From positions 7,316,001-7,380,000 of the forward strand of contig CM035355.1 of NCBI GenBank assembly GCA_020137815.1: DNA of 64,000 nucleotides. Direction: 5' to 3'. The stretch's first letter is position 1. Each line of letters begins with the position of its first letter. The stretch is from Hormiphora californensis (taxonomy: Eukaryota; Animalia; Ctenophora). Below the pieces are notes generated by a model, which saw only the letters and a program-made list of their open reading frames with translations, was not told where the DNA came from and made no database searches. Both the position numbers and the translations under genes were made by a program. This document shows, piece after piece, positions 1 through 23,800 of this stretch.

Positions 1-45
1 ACATTCCAGGAGGTTATAACAAAAGTGAACCTATATCGTGTGTAC

Positions 46-12572
<12,527 letters not shown>

Positions 12573-12969
12573 CCTACTTCGAAGTGGTATGGATGTATAT
12601 GTTAATTTATAGCTTAAATAAAACAAATCGGATCATATTTAGGTCAAGTCACAGATATAATACACGATCACTTATTATCTCATTATCAAAAGTCACATCA
12701 GTAGGATATTATTAGGATTTCGATATACGTATCTTTTCCCAACACCACCTACATACTGTCACAGCCATTGTAATAGTTTAGATTTGTTATCGGTTTATCA
12801 AAAAACATAATCCATATTGTATTGGTAATTGGTCTTTTAATCCCTGTTATATACAAATTCTGAGAGAGCAGCCCCGATTTTGATAAAACTCAACATTCGA
12901 GTTTCATTCAATTCGGGGCTGTTCTCTCTCACTTTAATGATCAATTTTCCTATATAATTTCCACTATAG

Positions 12970-13885
12970 TTAAAATGGAGAATACAGATTTCGAACATTC
13001 TTATACTGAACTTCAGTGTCCGAGTTCCATGGGTCTGATTTAGTTTTTCTGGCAACTCCGGAAGGATTATAAAATTCGGCAAGAGTCTTTGGAGATTTTG
13101 GGCTCGACATACGCTTGTGGGTCCTCAACCACTCCTTATATTTTGCATCTGCTTTTTCTTTTCGTTCCTTCTCCGACTGTTCCATCTTCTCTTTCTCTTC
13201 TTTCTCTTTTTCACTTGCAACTTTTTCTTGCTCCTCTTTTTTGTCTTTCCAACTCTTGACAGCGATAATGGACTTTTCCAAAATTTCTTGTTTTTCCGCC
13301 TCTTTCTTAGCTTTTTCTTCCTCAATTTTCTTACATTGGGCCTCCTTCTTTTCCTTCAAAACAACCAACTTTTTCTTTTCCCATTCTCTCACAGCAGATT
13401 CATTTTGTTTCAGTTTCTCTTTCGCCTTTTTCTTTTCTTCTTTCAACTTCTTCTTTTCTTCTTTTTTCCGTTTCCGTTCCTTTTCTTGACAAAATGACAT
13501 CTCTTCGGCCTTTTTGAGAATCCACTTTTCCCATTCAACACTTTCTCCGCAGTCCTGAAGTAAATTGAATTTAAAAAGCAAACAATTAATTCTGCTAAAC
13601 TTGTTATTTTGATCCTATGATATAAACATACTTTATTGGTCAGTGACTCACCTCAATAATGCTATCATCGTTCACAGTAGCTGTTTTCCGAATCCTTCTC
13701 GAGCTACTCCTTGTAGAATGGCGGGGTGTTGAGGACGGTAGACTTCCCTCAAAGTCATCTTCGTACACAGTGTCGTCGTGAGAAACTGAAATGAATTTTT
13801 GCTAAAATTCCGTTGTCAGAGTAATTGTCGAACAATATTTAGTTTTGGCTTTACCGTGTTTGACTGTCGTGGTAGATTCTGACAT
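12970..13885 (-). CDS. CCDC34: Coiled-coil domain-containing protein 34-like (3 exons)
   Basis: Exons 13885-13855, 13785-13652 and ~13555-12970 with GT-AG sites. K/E-rich coiled coil with spaced Trp motifs (WEKWILKK, REWEKKK, KSWKDKK, YKEWL) and C-terminal FYNP...PW, resembling CCDC34. Confidence 0.6.
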
Positions 13886-14886
13886 TGATTTGGAAAAATT
13901 GACCGCTAGACTGATGATAGGGACTGTGGATAGGGAATTGAATGATTCAGAGCTCCAAAATAGCTACCAATTCTGAACTAGAAACTCAAAATGGTTGCTA
14001 CTTGCTGTTCAAGTCTTTATTTTTTCAGGAACAGGAGATATGAACCAAAATGGAGTGTAGCTTCCCTTCAAATGGTGTACTGAACTCGATTTTGGTTCAT
14101 ATTTTTAGTTTATGTCTTATGATGAGGTATAGACTCAATTCAATTGATCAAATCCCTCAAAACTCAAAAAAATGACGGGCGCCGTTACTATCTGGGTGTT
14201 TGGAGGCCTGTTTACAGGTGCGCGCTGCCAAAAAAGTTGATTCACTAAAACGGCTCTAACCGCCAAACCACTCAACCGTTTTGGCTGATTCAAAGTTTAT
14301 CTGGTAGGGAATGTCAAGGCCTAACCCCAACCCTAACCCTACTTTAGCCCTAACCCTAAAAAACCTTTTGTCAGCACTCCCAAAACACCCAGATTTTAAC
14401 GCTGGCCAAAAATGACAAAACGCGTGTTTTTTACTTTTTCGAAAATCAAAATTTAAAAATAATAATTCTATCTTGCGCGCCGCGCTGCTAAGTTTTTCAG
14501 TACACTGCCCATTGATTGGCGCGTTACTGCAGAACCATACCAGGTCGTTGAATTTGAAACAAGATTGTTTTGCTTTCAAGAAGTAGGACAATAATTAATC
14601 ACATTCACAAATAACACACCTCTTAAGCTGTCAAATACCATCAGAAAATCAGTTAGTTTCTAACTTAGCCATTGCACACTTTGAATTAAATATGCGTACG
14701 ACGTCCATTTACGTAAAATTTATAAGTATAAGAACTAGAAGACCTGGCCTAAGCCTAAATCTAAAACATTTTTAACCCAACTACACTGAATGTCTCATTT
14801 TCTGGAATAACCGCACAGCGACTAAAAACTAAAAAACAACATCTTCTAAGGGACCGTCTGTCCGCTTCCCCCTAAATAACCAACAA

Positions 14887-17800
14887 TCAAGAATTAAACC
14901 ATGATGAGCTCCAGGGTGCAGCTTCCCGTTTTCCCGCCGTCGCACTATCAGTCAGTTCTTTAGCCTCTTCCTTTGTTAGTTGCAGCACCGTACTTAGAAC
15001 AGGGACCAACCTCTCCTTCGCAGCCGCATCCTGTAGTACTGACATACTGGAGAGAGAGATGAGGGCGTTATATTAGAACAACACAGGAAAAGTTATGTCA
15101 CCGTTATAGGAATTATCAGTAGGGCTGCTGGTACACTTTTTGTGACCAAAAGGGTCTGACTGAGTCAAGGTTCTGTACATTCATTAGTCACTGGCCTACA
15201 AATTACGGTGAGGATCGTTAACCGATGTATCACATGCACAATCTTTACCTTCAGTAAGATGTTTTTGAGGTATTCCACATTAGTGTTGTCTCGTCCAATC
15301 ATCTTCTCCAGCCTTCTAACCTCAGTTTTTAGCACCATACATTGCTCCTGCGAGGGGAATTATAATAAAGGACTGTATACAACTTTAGACTTTATTATGG
15401 TGAGCAACTAATTCACAGAATGTGTTGGAAAGAAGGAACAATTTGTATTTCAAACTTTTCAACACTACTTTAAACAAATTAATTTGAGTTTGCCGTCAAT
15501 CGTTCCTGATAACTGTGTTAGCATCTATTCTCTAATCTTTTAGATCTCTGTTAGGCCTACTTTAACTTAACTTACGAGTGATATCAGTGAAGAGTTTGTT
15601 GTTGGCCGGCGTGCAACGGGTGTTTTAGGATGACCGTTACGAGTAATTATGACATATGTATCACTAAGAGTGATTTTGAAGACGTGTTAGCAGGAGAAGT
15701 ATTTAGTAATGATTATAAGGGTAGTGATTTGTTAGTGTGCCTTGGGAGGGGTGACACTGTTTGTCCGTCGTCTGTCCATAAACCTCAGTTGTGGCATCTT
15801 CTCAAAGCCTGTTACAACATGCTTCCGGCGTCGGCACCGTTTTCTGTTCCTGGAGACCAGACTGATCTGAGAGAGTCGTTTGCAAAGCTGCACAAGGATC
15901 TGGTTTCCACTATCTCTGCTTTGGTCAAACCTATGGAGAATAGTAGAAGTGATATTGGTGGTGGTGATCCAGAGGAACCGGTTACACCTACGATGAAACA
16001 CTATGTGAATATTAAAACTGGCATCAATGAGGAAGGAGGGCCAGGATTCTGTGCGAAGAAGTGGACTGATGAGGTCAAACCCAAAGTGGAAACTGCGTTG
16101 AAGACGATACCGGTGGTGAGATCCAGAGTGAACAGTGACCATACCCGGCTGTATTTCCCTGATGAAGACCAGATGAAGGAAGCAGAGAAAGTTTTGACTC
16201 CACTTGCACAGGACTGTTCCATGTCATTTTTCTCAGAGGAGGCCAAGAAGCTTGAACCAAAGGTAACTATAAATGATTTGGACCCAGACCTACTGAAAAA
16301 GGAGACTATCCTGGCAGCGATTTTGGACAAGAATGTGGATATCAGAAAACTTTATCATGAGGACAAGAAGTTGAAGGTGGTGTTTGTGAGCGAAAGAGAC
16401 AGGTATGCAGTGATCCAGATGGCTCCAGAGATCCGGAGGCTTTTGTCTACTAACGGGGATAAGATCAACTTGGGTCTTCGGCAACACTTTGTCAAGAACA
16501 GGTATCATGTGATACAGTGTTTTCACTGTCAAGGATTTGGGCATATAGCAGGATCGATTTACTGCCCCCAAAAGGATACTCCAATATGCTGCTTCTGTGC
16601 TGGATCGCATCAGACGAAAGACTGTAGAGCAAAGAAGAACAACGAGACTGGTAGGATGAAATGTGTGAACTGTGAAGTTGGAGGATCAAGAGAGGACAAG
16701 AAGTATTCGAAGACCCATACGGCTTCAAGTATGTGGTGCCCTTCCTACATCAATGAACGAGCACGGCTTATGGAGAGGACTGCAGGTGTAAGCAAAGAGG
16801 AAAAAAACCTGTACTGGACGAGGACCAAGGAGGAACTACACAGGAAAAGACTTGGAAGATTGGGACACTAAATGTCCGCTCTCTTATTAACAAAACTGGA
16901 GGTGTTATTTCGCATCTGGAAGAGGAGGATTGTGATATTTGTCTTATACAGGACTCAGGAGACATTTTTGAAATCAACGGACACTGGAAAACTTCAAGAA
17001 ATCAGAGATAATGGATGGGACATTTTCTCATGCCCCAGAGGAGACAGAGGAGGTGGAGGAATCGGAATACTTTTTCGAGATGGCATAGTTCTTCGGCAGT
17101 GTCCAGTGAAGACCAAGTATAAGTCTTTTCAAGTACAAGAGGTTCTGATCAGTGACAGAGATCAACCGAAGAGAATCTGTAATGTCTATCGTCCTCCGTA
17201 CACACCGAGGTCGAGACTTACAGAAGCAACTTTCCTGTCGGAGTTTGGTGACTACCTTTCCGAGCTTGTTATGAAGCAAGGTACTCCGATCATCGCTGGT
17301 GACCTAAACTTCCAGGTGCAAGATGATAATAACTTCTATGCAAGGAAACTTTTGGAGCTGCTGGATTCATTTGATCTTCAACAAAGAGTACCAATGTTGC
17401 CTACTCACCAGCTGGGAGGAACCTTGGACTTGGTGATAACTACAAGAGAAACTTCTCTAGGTGACATATCCATATTTCCTAATGGTACTACATCAGATCA
17501 CTTCCTAGTACAGTTTGGGATTCAAGTGAGACCTGACCTGTCGAACTCCTGTCTGAAGAAATCAGTGCATCGAGAATACATGGATTACAAGTCAGTGGAT
17601 TTGGAAGGATTTAAAGAGGACTTGCGGAAGGCAGATTTTGAAGGAGGTAGGGATCCAGAGGAGGGCGTGGTGAATTTCTATCGTTGGCTGGAAGGTATAG
17701 TGGAGAAGCGAGTACCGAGGAAACGGGTGAGGACTGGTAAAAAGTTTAAGCCATGGAGGGATGAGGAACTTAGAGGATTACTTCGAGAGAGGAGGAATGC

Positions 17801-20800
17801 AGAACGGTGTTGGCGGAAACTTGGAACTGTGGATGCGAAACGGAGATTTAATGACCTGAAGAAACTGTATGGAAAGATGGATAGGGAAAAGAGGTCACTT
17901 TTCATTAAAGAGGACTTGGTTGCTGCCAAAGGTGACCCAAAGAAACTGCAAAGTAAGCTCCAGAAACTCCTTGGAAAAGCTGAAACAATTCTTCCTGAAA
18001 CAACAAACACCAAGAACTTGGCAGATGATTTCTCCCAGTTCTTTAGTTCCAAAGTGGAAAAAATTCGAACCCAAGTCAATGAGGAGCAGAAGCAAGCTGG
18101 CGACTTTGAGGAACCCGGAAAAGCCTGTCATTCAACATGGAAGGAATTCAAAGAGATATCGGAGGAGGAACTTGTTAAGGTGGTGAAGTCTATGTCAAGC
18201 AAACATTGTGACCTTGATCCGTTGCCCACTTGGGTAGTAAAGGAGTGCATTAGGGATCTTGCTCCGGTATTAACATCGATGGTAAACCAATCTCTACATC
18301 AGTCTACAGTTGCAGAATCTCTCCAGAAAGCTATCGTGTTTCCTACCATCAAGAATCTGTACGGAGATAGGGAAGCTCTCAGTAACTATCGTCCTGTCTC
18401 AAATATCCCATTCCTTTCTAAGCTCCTAGAAAAGGTGGTGCTCACGCAGCTGAATGAGTACCTTGAAAGCAATTCACTTCTGGGCAAGCATCAATCCGGT
18501 TATCGTGCTGGTCACAGTTGCGAAACTCTGTTAGCCAGCATGTTTGATGATGTATTAGGTGAGATGGATAAAGGAAATGTTGTTGCTCTGATCTGTTTGG
18601 ACATGAGTGCCGCATTTGATACGGTGGATCATGAAAAGTTGTTGGAGGTGTTGCAGAAACGGTTTGGAGTGGATGGTGATCCTCTTCAATGGTTTAAGAG
18701 CTACCTGAGTTCCAGATCTTTTAGAGTCTCGGTTGGTGATTGTCTCTCGGATACCCTGGCCTTACTCTGTGGAGTGCCCCAGGGGTCTCTTCTTGGTCCT
18801 ATTTTGTTTCTACTTTACATTGAAGCTGTGCAAGATATTGTGGAACCATATGGACTCCGGATAAAGTTATATGCAGACGACTCCCAGCTCTATGTGAGTC
18901 TGGTTCCTACGGATTCTACTGGCTGGTCTAGGACGAAGGTGGATATTGAGGAGTGTCTGGCGAAGGTGAAGCGGTGGATGGTGGGGCAGTGGTTGAAGTG
19001 TAATGAGGCCAAAACGGAATTCATCCTGCTTGGAAAGCGCAGTTCTTTGAGTAAAATCTCTTTCGATCCAGTTATCAACTTTGGAGGAACAGAAATCTTC
19101 CCCAGTGAATGTAGTGGAGCAGATGGGAAAACCTTGGGAATACTCTTGGACCACAATCTTAATCTTGAACGACAGGTTAACAATGTGAGGAAACAGTGTG
19201 GGCTGATACTACGGAATCTTTGGCAGTTACACAGATGTTTTGATATTCAAACGAAGATAATGTTGGTGAAACAATTGATTATATCGAGGATTGATTACAG
19301 TAATATTCTGTACTGTGGACTTCCGGCCCGAGTTCTTGGTGGACTCCAGAAAACACTAAACTCCTGTGTACGCTTTATATTCAACATCCATGGGCATCAG
19401 GAGGATTACTCGGAATACTTCAGGCAGTGTCATATTTTACCCATCTCCTACAGACTGGACTTCAAAGCCTGTCTAATCGCTTATAAGATAGTCTATGGAA
19501 CGGCACCAGGTTACCTCCAGGAGATGGTTCCTCTTGATAAAAGCTGGGGAGTCTCCAGGACAACAAGGATGACTAGTGTTATTGATCCTTACAGATTAAA
19601 ACACCCCAAGATGACCAGTATCAACGCCAATTCTAAACTGAGACGTAGGAGACTATCAGTATTTCTGCCTGCTATTTGGAATGAGCTACCCCTCGAGTTA
19701 AGGTCGATCCCCAACGTTGATACCTTTAAAGCTCGCCTGAAAACACATCTCTTCGTTGGTGCATTTGGAGTGAGTGATGGGGAACCCATGGCTGAGTTGT
19801 AATGTTTGTTGTAGTTGTGGGGTCTGCGGGCAACCAGTGTCATCCTCTCTCTAGTCATGTTATTAAATCACTATCTGGTATCCTTTTTTGAGCAGGTGTG
19901 AGTATAGCGTGTTTAAAATTATATCTACAGGTTTATGGGACCAGTTATTCCCCCAGTTTGATAAGTCCAGTTAATTTGGTTTTCCATATATTGTCTTTTT
20001 CAACCAGAATTGTTCGTGTGCGATATTTTTACTCTAGGATATACCGCTCTGATGACTCGTCGGAACATCGCCAATATTTTGACATGTTTCCGTCGGGTAT
20101 GGGCGGTATATAAGCGCGGAATATTATTATTATTATTATTATTTATTTTGTACTTAGCTCCCGGAAACGGTCGAGCTGGAAATCATTTACAAAGAAAAAA
20201 GGGTTCGATAATTGATTGTTTAATTTTCATTCAATAAAACTAATACCTGTAGGGCAGCTGCGTTGTGTTCGCTCTCTCGTAACAGGGTACTAAGATGGGA
20301 TACCTTACTTTGAGTTATGTCATCTTCCTTCGGTGTCGTATCTAGTGGGATCGGGAGGGGGTATATGGATTATGTGGTATATGGGGGTAGCGGGTGGTGT
20401 TGACTGTTGGTTGTACAGGATAGTTGCATGGTATTGGGTACCAGGACCCGTGCCAAAGTCTCAAAGACAAACTAAACTTTGAATTACCTGACATATTAGA
20501 AAATGAAAATCGAGAGTTGGACCGAGAGAGGGCAGAGTTGTTCAGGACTTCCTCAAGACCAGAAATGGAGGGTGCAGGACTTTCTGAACCTTCTGCTCCC
20601 AAGCGTACTTGCTGAGGGTACAATATGGGGTTTGGGGGACTACTACATAAAACACCGCCAGTGAACTGTCTGGCGGCGCCGACCAGATCTGAGCGCCAGA
20701 CAGCCAGTGGGCACACTGGGCAGTGAACAAGGCAAGTATGAATGAAATATCAGACAGTACCTTAGGGCCTACGGGGGTTGAGCACTCTGCTAAATGAGGT

Positions 20801-23800
20801 TGGTAAGGTACAGATTGGGCAGCCTCTAATGGGACTTCTGATCGCTTCTGCAGCTCCTCTTCAAGTCTCTCAATCTTGTCTTGGAGTATCTGAAAGAAGG
20901 ATAGGAATGGGTTTTAAGTTCCACAAATTTAAGACAAAGTTGGCTATTTTACAGTGCTGCTTGTAGTCGTATTACCGTAATAGAAATACAGTAATGAGAC
21001 GCACACGTTGCATAACGCGCGGCAAAAAGTGCATGTGTTCAGCACGTACTAGCGCCCTGATTGGCCACGGTTGTGCGTCGTCTTACTGTATGTCAGTTTT
21101 CCATTACCGTTTTCCCACTACAAGCGACCGTGTTAGATTGTATACGTAGCACGGACACAGTGTCAGGTGACTCAAAGACAAAGGGGGTTAGACAACTTTA
21201 ATTTGACACGCGGATGTTTGTTGATTTACCTGTATGGTCTCAGAATGAGATGCCTGACTTTGTTCTATCGTTCTGGTATATGATTCTGAGAGTGCTGACC
21301 TTTGGGCCGCTGCACTTTCTCTACTCCGCATGACGTCATTGTCTCGTACTTGGAGGGCCTCCTCTAGCTCTGTTATCCTGGAGTAGTGTGAGATGGTTAA
21401 TTATGGTAGTGGGGGGGGGGGGAGTGGAGGAGTAGTGGGAGATGGTTAATTATGGTAGTGGGGGGTGGGGAAGTGGAGGAGTAGTGGGGGATGGTTAATG
21501 TTAGTGGGGGGTGGGGAAGTGGAGGAGTAGTGGGGGATGGTTAATGGTAGTGGGGGAGTTACAGTTATAGTGGGAAGGGGGTAGTGGTTCATTTCTCGAA
21601 AAAGACTCTCAATGTACATGTGTAGGTGCTTCGAAATTGAAACTTATAGGGGTCTAAGGAATGTTAACAAACCTTTCGAGGTAAAACTTTTCCCGATCAT
21701 TGTTCTGCCTGGATGAACTTTCTAGATTCCCAGTCACTACCCTAACCTCAGCCTCCGCACTGTCCCTCTGAAGCGTGATATGGCTGATAGTCTCCCGGGA
21801 TTGTACCAACTCGCTCCGCAGCTCCTCAACTTCATGACTCAGCTGAGATCTGATAGTGTGAGAGGGGATTAGGGCACGTTTTCAAATCACCTAACCGCAA
21901 AGCTCGGCTGTTTTTGAGTCGTCTACTGCACTACTCAGTACTCATTGTATCGTAAAGTTATCATTATATCAGTTGATCTCCCCCCCCCCTGTGAATTGGG
22001 ATCATAACTCACACTATAGCATCGTGTTCCGACTGGGCGACAGTTGTAGTTTCACTCGATTTCTGTTGTTTTAGTACACTGTGTACTCTGACTTTGTATC
22101 CCTCGAACTCTCGGGATATCTCTTCTCTGAGTTTCCTCTCTGAATCTGCATCAACCTATACAGGTTTTTGGGTAGTCTCTAGAAGGCTTCATAAAATAAT
22201 CCAATTCAAGATAGAAGGAGAAAGCATTGTGGTTAAGATTTTTCAAGACAATTTCAGGAGAATTACATAACTAAGTCGTTATAAATGGTAAACCTTTAAC
22301 CTGGATGAGTAAGTTACCTTTAGTTCCTGAACTTTGTTCTCTAGATTCTTTACCACAGCACCCTTTTCCGCTGATGTAGCCCTGTGTGTCTCAATGGTAT
22401 TCTCCAGCATCCCTTGAGTAGTGGCTAGCTCCAACTTAGACTCTTCCACCATCTGGACAGACTTCTCTAACTCGCTCTTCATATCTTCAACATCCTTCCT
22501 TGCCTCTTCCTCGGCTATTTTCCCATCTGCTGCTTCTTTCTTGGATTTCTTTACTAGTACTGAAATCAGTAAGGTGGTTGAAGAAACGAAAATTTATATC
22601 CGATCAAAATTGATCAATTCATTTTTTTTGAGTGTGTGAAAAATGAATGGCAACCACCCCATGTGCACGCGCGCCACGTCCAACAACGTGAAATGTGAAC
22701 GCGCACCCTTTTATCACAAGAAATGCGTTCGGCGGAAAGAACGCTCACAAGACGCGGAATTTTTGTGCCATGGGACATCTCAAATAAGGAGGAATATGAT
22801 CGTGTGTAAACACATCTCAATCTCTACACATCCCAAACTCACATTTTAGTTTCGTAATCATATCATCCTGAGAGAGACGGAGTTTTTCTGATTCCCTCAG
22901 TTCGCCAGCCACCTTGCTCAGTTGACTCTCCTTCTTTTCTAGAGTGGCCCGTGCTTGCTCCAACTCTGTCTTACTCTGTAAATGTGTTAATTTGTTATGC
23001 ACACTGGCAAGTGCATGCAGCATGGCACAACATAATTATCCGGCACCAATAGGGACTGGCTGTCCTAAATAAGAAAAAGCGTGTTTCTAAATGTACCAAA
23101 AACTAGGAGTATACTCCATTTTTTTCAACTGTTCACCCCCCAAAGTCGTGCGCGGAATTGTTTTGCGCGTTTATCACATGTTAACGTATAGCGCGCGCCA
23201 CCCAAATTCTGATTTTTGTTAAATTTCAGTTTTTTGGGTGAACAGTTGAAAAAAAATGGACTTTATGATATCTCTCTCTCTCATCGGAAACTCACGGTAT
23301 TAAGTTTTGCCGTAAGTGCATCAGTTGACCGCTGATAATCCGCTAGTTCCATGGTAATTAAACTCTGTGACCCCTGATTATCCTCCCTCATCCCATCTAT
23401 CTCTGCTCGGGCCTGGGTGATCTGATTCTCTAGCTCAGAGATCTGTTCTTCTCGCTTCAGTAACATGCCTCCTAGCTCCTTGCCTGAGCTTTCAAGGGTG
23501 GTAATTCTTGATCTTTCTGCATCCAATTCCCCTGTTAGTTGTGTCACCTAGAGTTGGGAAGGGGTGATTAATTTCAACCATAGGAACCAGTAACTAGTCA
23601 ACACTGTGACGAGTAACAATAACAAATAATAACCATCGCGTTTCATTCACGATCTCCCGACGCGATATCACTTTCTGCGATAAAGTTTATCCCAAAAACC
23701 CTCTCGATAATTGTTTATTTATTCACCTGTTCCTCAAGCAAGAACACTTGGCTGGTTGCATTATCCCTCTCAAGTTCTAGATTCTGCATCTCCTCCTCTC

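Larger units (their letters stand above)
15448..20143 (+). mobile_element. Full-length non-LTR retrotransposon (CR1/L2 group with gag-like ORF1), antisense in the GCC2 intron 15348-20246
   Basis: SL-capped 5' UTR, ORF1, ORF2 (APE + RT), ~320-bp 3' UTR and (ATT)n tail at ~20121-20143. Candidate TSD TTTGTA at 15442-15447 and 20147-20152. Confidence 0.95.

Noticed and set aside
13115-13497. Phe/Ser/Leu-rich plus-strand ORFs, and short antisense ORFs over the LINE ORFs
   Set aside because: Shadows of real coding sequence on the opposite strand.
15448-15600. SL-RNA gene
   Set aside because: The leader is followed by TTTGCC rather than a GT donor and runs directly into the LINE 5' UTR.
16872-16948. 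Listed N-terminus of the 976-aa ORF (MSALLLTKLEV...)
   Set aside because: Not the homologous endonuclease sequence; the true N-terminus is in the -1 frame upstream of a 7-bp insertion.
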